NCBI GenBank assembly: GCA_965223845.1
Contig: CBDCXR010000004.1
Coordinates: forward strand, 4,928,001-4,992,000
Direction: 5' to 3'
DNA from: Planctomycetota bacterium
Lineage (GTDB): Bacteria; Planctomycetota; UBA8108; SXIK01
DNA length: 64,000 bases
The position numbers and the translations under genes are program-made. The notes beneath the pieces were generated by a model. The model was given only the letters and a program-made list of their open reading frames with translations. It did no database searches and had not been told where the DNA came from. Positions 1 through 7,525 of this stretch are shown here, one piece after another; the first letter of the stretch is position 1, and each line of letters opens with the position of its first letter.

Positions 1-2
1 AT

Positions 3-638
3 TGGGCCGAGCGACTCGTCGCAGAGCTCGAGCGCGGTGCCGTCGAGCGAGAAGCGATCTCTGCACACTCCGCACGGCGCGTCGCGCATCTCGGCTCGAA
101 GGGACTCACGCGTCGCCTCGAATCGATCTGGGGCAAGCTGAACGCGATCGGAGCCAAGAAGAAGGAGCGGATCGCCGAGCTCAAGTCGGAGCTGACCGGC
201 GAAGTCATCGAACGCGCGGATCTCGCTCGGGGTCGCGCTCTCTTCGACGAGGCGTGTGGGAACTGTCATCGCATGTTCGATCACGGCGGCACCCTCGGCC
301 CGGATCTCACCGGATCGAATCGCCACCAGCTCGATTACATTCTCGAAAACGTCGTCGATCCGAACGCGATCGTCGGGCGCGACTACGAGGAGTACGTCAT
401 CGTCACGAACGACGGACGCGTCCTTTCTGGTGTCATCGCGGAAGAAACGTCCGGGCGCATCACGCTCCGAACTCCGACGGAAACGTTTCCGATCGCGAAG
501 GAGGACATCGCCGAACGTTCGACCGAGCGACGCTCAATCATGCCGGAGGGCCTCTTCGCTGCGCTGTCCCTCGACGAGATCCGCGATCTCATCGCGTATC
601 TAGCTTCTCCCAAAGACGTCGAGCCCGCCGCTCGCTGA
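3..638 (+). CDS. PVC-type heme-binding (CxxCH) protein, C-terminal part (5'-truncated by window edge)
   Basis: The frame of ORF 273..638 is open back to base 3 and reads ...ARGRALFDEACGNCHRMFDHGGTLGPDLTGSNR...ENVVDPNA...SIMPEGL...DLIAYL, the typical C-terminal cytochrome c domain of planctomycete membrane-bound dehydrogenase proteins. Confidence 0.85.
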   Translation, partial: WAERLVAELERGAVEREAISAHSARRVAHLGSKGLTRRLESIWGKLNAIGAKKKERIAELKSELTGEVIERADLARGRALFDEACGNCHRMFDHGGTLGPDLTGSNRHQLDYILENVVDPNAIVGRDYEEYVIVTNDGRVLSGVIAEETSGRITLRTPTETFPIAKEDIAERSTERRSIMPEGLFAALSLDEIRDLIAYLASPKDVEPAAR

Positions 639-735
639 TCGAGCCCACCGACTCTCGTCGGCGGGCGCGGCTGGCCACTCGTTCCGCGCGCGAGTACGAT
701 GAGCCGTGCCCGCGAACAACGAGGTCCATCTTTCT

Positions 736-1704
736 ATGCGCGATCACGATCCCATCGAGCGACGGAGCTTTATCCGCACCGTCGGAGCGACCGTAGCGGC
801 CGCAACGCTTCCGCCGGTACTCCGGGCGGACTTCCGAGCCAGCGAGGACGAAAGCGCCGCGAAAAAGCCGTTCCGCCTCCGCTACATCCTATCGTCTGCG
901 ATGTACGGAAAGATGCCGCTCACGACGATCCTTCCCGAAGTCGCAAAGACCGGCGCGCGCCACATCGACATCTGGTGCCTCGTTCACGGGAACCAGCGCG
1001 AACAGATCGAGGAAATGGGCCACGATGCCTTCCGTGCCTTGCTCGAGAAGCACGAAGTCGAGCTCGGCGTGCTCACGCGCTATCCGCTCGGGCCGTTCCG
1101 CCTTCAAGACGAGATGAAGGTACTCCGCAGCTTCGGCGGCAAGATCATCGTCACGGGCTCGTCCGGACCGCGTGGACCCAAGGGGAAAGAGGCGAAAGCC
1201 GCTGTGTCCAGCTTCCTCGAGAAGCTGAAGCCGCACGTCGCGCGCGCCGAGGAGTTGGGGGTGATCATCGCAATCGAGAATCACAGCGGCCAACTCCTTT
1301 ACCATCCGGATTCGCTTCGCTACTTCGTCGAACTCAATCGTTCGAAGCATCTCGGCATCGCCTTCGCGCCGCATCACCTCCACCGCTTCGCGGACGAGAT
1401 TCCGAAGCTCGTTCGCGACGTGGGCGCGCAGTCGCCCTTTTTCTACGCGCAAGAACACCACGAGGGCATGCGGAAAAAAGTGCCGAAGGAAGAGGAGATG
1501 AAGCAGCTCCCGGGATACGGCGGCGGGCTCGACTACCGACCGATCGTGCGCGCGATGCGGGAGATCGACTACCAAGGCTTCGTCGAAATCTTCATGCATC
1601 CGGTTCCACGCGGAATCCCGATCCTTCCGACGGCGACGAAGATCACCGCGGCGATCAACAGATCGCGGGAGTATCTCGAGCGCTGTCTCAAGGAGACCGC
1701 GTGA
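736..1704 (+). CDS. Tat-exported sugar phosphate isomerase/epimerase (AP endonuclease 2 / xylose-isomerase-like TIM barrel)
   Basis: Twin-arginine signal ERRSFIR; IAIENH and PGYGGGLDY...IDYQGFVEIFMH motifs; ATG at 736 preferred over GTG at 706. Confidence 0.8.
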   Translation: MRDHDPIERRSFIRTVGATVAAATLPPVLRADFRASEDESAAKKPFRLRYILSSAMYGKMPLTTILPEVAKTGARHIDIWCLVHGNQREQIEEMGHDAFRALLEKHEVELGVLTRYPLGPFRLQDEMKVLRSFGGKIIVTGSSGPRGPKGKEAKAAVSSFLEKLKPHVARAEELGVIIAIENHSGQLLYHPDSLRYFVELNRSKHLGIAFAPHHLHRFADEIPKLVRDVGAQSPFFYAQEHHEGMRKKVPKEEEMKQLPGYGGGLDYRPIVRAMREIDYQGFVEIFMHPVPRGIPILPTATKITAAINRSREYLERCLKETA

Positions 1705-4103
1705 GCGGCGAGAACGGTCGCTGCGTGAAGGCGCGTTCGTTCGGCTCTGAGCGATCATTGCTCCTCGTCGCGTTCTTCGCGGGTCTCACCACTTCGGCTC
1801 GCGCGAACGAGCCCCATCCCTTCGTCGCGAGTTTCGAACGATTCTTCGCGGGAGAAGTGGGCTCGACGGCGGGCGCGCCGCGGCAGACCTCCGCCGGACG
1901 GCTCCTCCTCACGGAACTGAGCTGCACGGCGTGCCACCTTCCGCCGGAGACTCTGCGCGAAGAGCTTCGTCCGAAGCGCGGACCGCGCCTCGACGGAATC
2001 GGCCGGCGCGCGAGCACGGAGTGGCTCCGCCGGTTTCTCATCGATCCACGGTCCGCTCAGCCCGGAACGACGATGCCGAAGCCGCTCGCGAGACTCTCAC
2101 CCGAGCGGCGCCGAGACAAGATCGAGTCCCTCGTGCAGTTTCTTCTCACGCAGACCGAGATCTTCGGGCCACCGTTTCCGGAGTCGAAGGAGAGCGGTCT
2201 CGGTTCGAGCAGTGCGCAGCGCGGCTTTCGCCTCTATCACGACGTGGGATGCGTAGCGTGCCACACAATCGACGAGAGCGCGAAGCCGCGGGAAACCACC
2301 GACGAGCTCGAGGTCGAGATCGCGACGGAGCGCGATCGCGCGCCCGTGGCGAGTGTGCCGCTCGGCGATCTCGGTGCGAAGCACACGATGGCGTCGCTCG
2401 CGAGGTTCCTTCTCGAACCGCTCCGCATGCGGCCGCATGGACGAATGCCGAACCTGAAGCTCACACCGCTCGAAGCGGCGGATGTCGCTCACTATCTTCT
2501 CGGCGGACGGACTACACGCGGGGCGAGCGAACCAGCGCTCGATGCATCGCGCGTCGAAGAAGGCCGCCAGCTCTTCGGTGCGCTCGGTTGCGCGCAGTGC
2601 CACGATCTCACCGGGGTCACCGCGAACCTGAATTCGCCGGGGCTGACGTCCCTCTCGACGAAGAGCGGGCTCGGCTGCCTGACGGAACGAGGTGGCTTCG
2701 GGTTTCAGTACGGACTCTCGGCTCGCCAACACGAAGCGCTCGCGCGAACGATCGAAGGTGAGCTCGCACCTCTCGAGCCCTCCGAGCGCCTCCATCAAAC
2801 GATGCTCTCCCTCAACTGCTTCGCGTGTCATGCCCGCAACGGTCCCCGCGGTACGGAAGTCGGCGGCGTCGGCCCAAAACGCTGGGCGTATTTCCGCACG
2901 GCGGGCGACATCGATCTCGGCGATGAAGGTCGCATACCGCCTTCACTGACGGGTGCCGGAAAGAAGCTCCGCGTGGAGTGGCTCGAACGAGTCTTTGCCG
3001 GAACCGGCGACGTTCGCCCGCACGTACTCGCACGCATGCCGCGCTTCGGCGTGGACAACGTACGCGGCCTCGCCCGGAGGTTTGTCGAAGTCGACGGTGG
3101 TGAGCTCTCGACCGCGGTCGAGCTTCTCGAGCCCGAGGGGGACGCCGAAGCCGGGCGGACTCTTCTCAGCGCGGGCTGCGTTCAGTGTCACGGCGTGCGC
3201 GGAACGCGCCTCCCGGGTGTACTCGGTATCGATCTCACCGGGATTCACGAGCGACTTCAGCGGCGCTGGTTCGACGAGTTCGTCGTCGACCCGGCGGCGA
3301 AGCAGCCCGGAACCCGTATGCCGACTTTCTTCCCGGACGGGAAGAGCACCCTGCCCGGAATCCTCGGTGGAGATCTCGCGAAGCAGACGAGTGCGCTATG
3401 GGCGTACCTCGCGCGAAGCGACACTCTTCCCCTTCCGGATGTTCTCCGCAATGCGCGGACAATGAGCTTCGAGATCGCCCCGAACGACGCACCGGTGGTT
3501 CTTCGCACGTTCATGAGCGACGCGGGGACGCACGCGATCGCGGTTGGATTCCCCGCTCGCGTGCACTTCGCGTTCGATGCGTTTGAGGTTCGTCCGGCTG
3601 TCGCGTGGCGCGGACGGTTCCTCGACGCACACGGAACGCGCTACGATCGCTTCGCGCCGCCGGCTGAACCGCTCGGAAAGGACGTCGTCCGCTTCGCGCC
3701 GGGTCCGCCGTTCGCGCGACTCGAGAACGCGACGGCGAGCTGGCCCGACCAGCACGACATCGCGTTCCGCGGTTACCGCCTCGACGAAGAGCGCGTTCCG
3801 ACCTTCGTCTACGAACTGGCAGGACTGCGCATCGAAGATCGCATCGCGCCGATCCCGAATGAGGATCAGCGGGGCAGCGAACAGGGGCTTCGTCGTCGAC
3901 TGAGCACCGCGGGAGATCCGCGCGGAGCGTGGTTCCGTCCGGGCGTCGAGGCGACGGGAGGAACGGAAGACAGATTTGTCCTCCGCTCGGGCGTGACGAT
4001 CCGAGTCGGACGGCCCGCTGTCGCACACCTCGTTCGAGGCGAGCTTAGGATCTCGATCGGACGAGACGCGCGATCGACGATCGAGCTCGAGTATCGATGG
4101 TGA
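1701..4103 (+). CDS. Secreted multiheme c-type cytochrome (5 CxxCH)
   Basis: GTG at 1701 overlaps the upstream stop (GTGA); signal peptide; CTACH, CVACH, CAQCH, CFACH, CVQCH, most followed by a P-x-L...MP distal Met segment. Confidence 0.85.
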   Translation: MSGENGRCVKARSFGSERSLLLVAFFAGLTTSARANEPHPFVASFERFFAGEVGSTAGAPRQTSAGRLLLTELSCTACHLPPETLREELRPKRGPRLDGIGRRASTEWLRRFLIDPRSAQPGTTMPKPLARLSPERRRDKIESLVQFLLTQTEIFGPPFPESKESGLGSSSAQRGFRLYHDVGCVACHTIDESAKPRETTDELEVEIATERDRAPVASVPLGDLGAKHTMASLARFLLEPLRMRPHGRMPNLKLTPLEAADVAHYLLGGRTTRGASEPALDASRVEEGRQLFGALGCAQCHDLTGVTANLNSPGLTSLSTKSGLGCLTERGGFGFQYGLSARQHEALARTIEGELAPLEPSERLHQTMLSLNCFACHARNGPRGTEVGGVGPKRWAYFRTAGDIDLGDEGRIPPSLTGAGKKLRVEWLERVFAGTGDVRPHVLARMPRFGVDNVRGLARRFVEVDGGELSTAVELLEPEGDAEAGRTLLSAGCVQCHGVRGTRLPGVLGIDLTGIHERLQRRWFDEFVVDPAAKQPGTRMPTFFPDGKSTLPGILGGDLAKQTSALWAYLARSDTLPLPDVLRNARTMSFEIAPNDAPVVLRTFMSDAGTHAIAVGFPARVHFAFDAFEVRPAVAWRGRFLDAHGTRYDRFAPPAEPLGKDVVRFAPGPPFARLENATASWPDQHDIAFRGYRLDEERVPTFVYELAGLRIEDRIAPIPNEDQRGSEQGLRRRLSTAGDPRGAWFRPGVEATGGTEDRFVLRSGVTIRVGRPAVAHLVRGELRISIGRDARSTIELEYRW

Positions 4104-5656
4104 GCGCACGCACACGATGCTTGCTCGCCAGCACGATCGTGGCGAGCCTCCTGGCGCCTGCGCGCGCGAGAGAGCACGAGTACTACCGACTCGAGACGAT
4201 CGCCGTCAGCGCATCCCCGACGCACTCGCGTGATAAAAAGTGGAAGCCCGCGGCGGGGAAAAACCCGGTGCTCGAAGTGAGCGGCATCGCTCCCCTCGAC
4301 GACGGACGCATCGCGGTTTCCGTTCGCGCGGGGGAGGTGTGGTTCATCGATGGAATCACTCGCGATGCCGACGGCGACGACCGAGAATCGATCGCCACGA
4401 GCTCACCGCCCACGCCGACCTATCACCTCTTCGCGAGCGGTCTCCACGAGCCGATGGGCCTTGTCCGGCGCGGATCGGACTACTTCGTCGTTCAGCGCAC
4501 CGAGCTCACGCGCCTCCGCGATCTCGACGGCGATGACGTCGCCGACGAGTACTCGACGATCGGAAAGGGTTGGGGCTGCACGGGCAACTATCACGAGTAC
4601 GCGTACGGTCCCGAGATCGACCGCGACGGCAACTTCTGGATCACTCTCAACAGCACGCTCGGGAAGGGACAGATCCGCGATCAGCGCCGCTGGCGCGGCT
4701 GGGCGGTCCGAATCGATCCCACCGGAGCGCTCCGTCCCGTAGCGACCGGTTTTCGCTCTCCCTGCGGCATCGGCCAGAACGCTGAAGGAGACCTCTTCGC
4801 GACCGATCAACAGGGAAACTGGATCGCGACCTGCTCGCTTCTCCACATCCGTCCGGGCGTGTTCTTCGGTCATCCGGACGGTCTCCGATCCACACGCGAG
4901 CGCCAGTCGACGGTCGCGCCGATCCGGAAGCTTCCGTCCGGACTCAGTTGGCCGAAAGCGCTGCGCGCGGTCCCTCAGCTGCGACCGCCCGCGGTCTGGT
5001 TTCCCTACAAGAAAGCCGGGCAGAGCGCGACCGACGTCGTTTCCGACTCGACGGGCGGACGCTTCGGCCCGTTCGCCGGCCAACTCTTCGTCGGCGAGTT
5101 TCGGCTCGCCGCCATATATCGCGTCTCTCTCGAGAAGGTGAACGGCGACTACCAGGGCGCCGTGTTTCCGTTCCGTCACGGCTTCGCGTCGGCGGTCGTT
5201 CGCCTCGGATTCACAAAGAGCGGGAGTCTCTACGCCGGGTTGACGAACCGCGGCTGGAGCTCGATCGGCGGCGCGTCCTACGGACTTCAGCGCCTCGTCT
5301 GGACCGGCGAGACGCCGTTCGAGATTCGAACGATGAGCGCGCGTCCGGACGGGTTCGAGCTCGAGTTCACGGTTCCGGTCGAACCGGAATCGGCGAGCTC
5401 TCCCGCGTCGTACACGTTCGAGAGTTACACCTATCTCCTTCACGAGAAGTACGGAAGCGATGAGATCGATCGGCGCCGCCTCGCGATCCGTTCGGCCGTG
5501 GTATCGAACGATGCCCGACGCGTGCGTCTCGAGTTGGACGGACTCCGCGACGGATACGTGCACGAGCTCCGCGCCTCGGGAGTGCGCGCAGCCGACGGCC
5601 GCTCGCTCCTCCATGACGATGCGTACTACACCCTCAACGCGCGGCCGACGGAGTGA
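4097..5656 (+). CDS. Secreted beta-propeller protein (PVC-type glucose/sorbosone-dehydrogenase-like)
   Basis: Signal peptide; FASGLHEPMGL, DLDGDDVAD, GNYHEYAYG, GFRSPCG, TDQQGNW, FGPFAGQLFVGE motifs; overlaps the cytochrome gene by 7 nt. Confidence 0.7.
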   Translation: MVSARTRCLLASTIVASLLAPARAREHEYYRLETIAVSASPTHSRDKKWKPAAGKNPVLEVSGIAPLDDGRIAVSVRAGEVWFIDGITRDADGDDRESIATSSPPTPTYHLFASGLHEPMGLVRRGSDYFVVQRTELTRLRDLDGDDVADEYSTIGKGWGCTGNYHEYAYGPEIDRDGNFWITLNSTLGKGQIRDQRRWRGWAVRIDPTGALRPVATGFRSPCGIGQNAEGDLFATDQQGNWIATCSLLHIRPGVFFGHPDGLRSTRERQSTVAPIRKLPSGLSWPKALRAVPQLRPPAVWFPYKKAGQSATDVVSDSTGGRFGPFAGQLFVGEFRLAAIYRVSLEKVNGDYQGAVFPFRHGFASAVVRLGFTKSGSLYAGLTNRGWSSIGGASYGLQRLVWTGETPFEIRTMSARPDGFELEFTVPVEPESASSPASYTFESYTYLLHEKYGSDEIDRRRLAIRSAVVSNDARRVRLELDGLRDGYVHELRASGVRAADGRSLLHDDAYYTLNARPTE

Positions 5657-5764
5657 CCGGAGCGCGGAAGCTTCGGAATAAAGTCGCGGCGCGATAGCCG
5701 AGCCATCGCGCCGCGTCCTCGCAGACGAGGATCAGTGAGAGAGGGTCGCCGCACTCGCCCTCTC
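5657..5764. terminator. Array of four GC-rich hairpins between convergent genes (possible bidirectional terminator)
   Basis: Stems 5657-5663/5670-5676 (one G-U), 5685-5695/5705-5715 (perfect 11 bp), 5716-5721/5726-5731, 5739-5745/5758-5764; no clear U-tract. Confidence 0.45.
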
Positions 5765-5767
5765 GAG

Positions 5768-7312
5768 CTACCGCGGCTCGCAGGACAAGCCGTCGCTCGT
5801 CGGGTCGACGCCCGGCACTCCGGTAGGCTCCGGAAGCGGCAGCCCTCCGCCGAAGAGAGCGCCGAGGATCGCCGAGGCGTCCGCGATGTTCATCGCGCCG
5901 TCGTCGTTAGCGTCCGCGGCGTCCCGACAGCTCGTGGGTTCACCGTCGACAAAGAGCTCGTTGAGAATGAAGACCGCGTCCGCCAGATTGACGGAGTCGT
6001 CCTGGTTCGCGTCGCCACGGAGGAACTTCGGGGTGCTGCTCGCCCGCAGCTTTGCGACCAGCGCTCGCTGGCCCGCGTCATCGCTTTCCTCACAGTCCGC
6101 GATGCACGCGGCGAATTCGTCCTCGAGCCTTCGAAAGCACTCTTCGTCGACGTCGCCGGCAGCGGTGATCTCACAATCCGCGAGCGCCTCGAGCGCTTCC
6201 GAGCATCCCGCGAGGCAGTCGCTCGACGCGGGCAGCCCGGGAAACTCCGGGATCTCCACTCCACAAGCTTCGAGACACTCGAGATAGGCGCCATCGATCG
6301 CAGCGAAGCACGCGTCGTCCGCCGCCCCGGTTTCGGGGTCGAAGCACTCTTCGAACGCGAGGGCGAACGATTCGTCGCACTCCCCTACGCAAGGAGACGG
6401 GGGCACGTCGGGGATCTCGACGACCACATCGCAACCTTCGAGACAGCGAACGAAATCCTCTTCCGCCAACCGGAAGCACTCGCCATCGGGATCGTCCGGT
6501 TGACCATCCCCGTCGGCGTCGGCCTCCATGCACGACTCGATCGTCCGCGAGAAGCGTAGATCGCACTCGGTTACACACGAATCCGGCGTCGGCAGAGGAG
6601 GAACCGCGACGCCGCAGTCGCCCAGACAGCCCGCGTAGGTCGAGAACGCTGCGTCGATGCACTCGCCCGTTTCACACGCGGCAAGAGAGACGCTGAGGAC
6701 GAGATCGCACTCCGACGCACACCGAACTTCGGGAGGGATCTCGACCCCGCACTCCTCGAGACAATCCTCGAGCTGCGAGTGTGCGGCTTCTGCACACGCG
6801 GGATCCACCACGCCGGCCGCACTGATGCACGGCTGTAGCCGTTCGAAATAGGCGCGATCACATTCGGACACGCAGCGGATCTCTTCGGGGATGCACGCCT
6901 CAGCGCACTCGGCGAAGGCCATCTCCGCGCTCACGAAGCACTCTTCGTCCGGTTGTCCGTCGTCACCGTGGCATTCTTCGAACGCGAGAATGAACGCTTC
7001 CTCGCACGCGAGCATGCAGCGAACTTCGGGAGGAGGCTCCATCGGTTCACACACCGATACACACTCGAGGAAGGCTTCGTCCGCGCTCGCGAGACACTCT
7101 TCGTCGACCTGGCCTGCCTCGTCGACACACGCCTCGAACTGCACTCGATACGCTTCTTCGCACGCGACGAAGCAGTCGTCGGCTGGGATCACGACCGGTC
7201 CACCGGGGATTACGCCACCGGGGATTACGCCCAGTCCACCGGGAAAAGCCTGAGCCGTCGCGACCGCGGGCCAACAGAGGAGGAGTGCGGTGAGGATCCG
7301 TCGTGCTGTCAT
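5768..7312 (-). CDS. Secreted acidic Cys-rich repeat protein with C-terminal dockerin-like domain
   Basis: Signal peptide; seven Cx3Cx9-10C-loop-Cx10Cx3C repeats; C-terminal FLRGDANQDDSVNLADA...CRDAADANDDGAMNIAD...GVDPTSDGLSC. Confidence 0.85.
   Translation of the reverse strand: MTARRILTALLLCWPAVATAQAFPGGLGVIPGGVIPGGPVVIPADDCFVACEEAYRVQFEACVDEAGQVDEECLASADEAFLECVSVCEPMEPPPEVRCMLACEEAFILAFEECHGDDGQPDEECFVSAEMAFAECAEACIPEEIRCVSECDRAYFERLQPCISAAGVVDPACAEAAHSQLEDCLEECGVEIPPEVRCASECDLVLSVSLAACETGECIDAAFSTYAGCLGDCGVAVPPLPTPDSCVTECDLRFSRTIESCMEADADGDGQPDDPDGECFRLAEEDFVRCLEGCDVVVEIPDVPPSPCVGECDESFALAFEECFDPETGAADDACFAAIDGAYLECLEACGVEIPEFPGLPASSDCLAGCSEALEALADCEITAAGDVDEECFRRLEDEFAACIADCEESDDAGQRALVAKLRASSTPKFLRGDANQDDSVNLADAVFILNELFVDGEPTSCRDAADANDDGAMNIADASAILGALFGGGLPLPEPTGVPGVDPTSDGLSCEPR
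7200..7231. repeat. 15-bp tandem duplication (encodes GVIPG x2)
   Basis: ccaccggggattacg at 7200-7214 and 7215-7229. Confidence 0.8.
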
Positions 7313-7438
7313 ATTCGTTCTCTCCGGTACGAGGAGCAGGTCTCAACAAGTCTGGTCATTCGCCGTCGGCGCGCGGCTCGCAGCGCCGACCGATCTGCCG
7401 AGCACCGGCGCCGAAATGTGCTCGGCGATTCTAAGAAG

Positions 7439-7467
7439 AAGAGCCCGCCGGCAGACGGAGCGTCTCA
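7439..7467 (-). promoter_or_regulatory. Putative ECF promoter, copy 1 (TGAGACG-N10-CGGCGGGCTCTT)
   Basis: Same blocks and spacing as 11496-11524; about 125 nt upstream of the Cys-rich dockerin gene. Confidence 0.55.
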
Positions 7468-7525
7468 ACCTAGTTCGGCGTCGATCAGGAAAAGTCTCGA
7501 GCGTGTTCACGATCAGTCCTACGCA

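Noticed and set aside
699-1700. N-terminal third of the 1134-aa ORF 699..4103
   Set aside because: Arg-rich shadow of the isomerase gene in another frame; the cytochrome's signal peptide follows GTG 1701
7452-7476. Alternative sigmaE-like promoter GAAC-N16-GTCT on the minus strand
   Set aside because: Not repeated at the second site, whereas the overlapping TGAGACG...GCTCTT motif is
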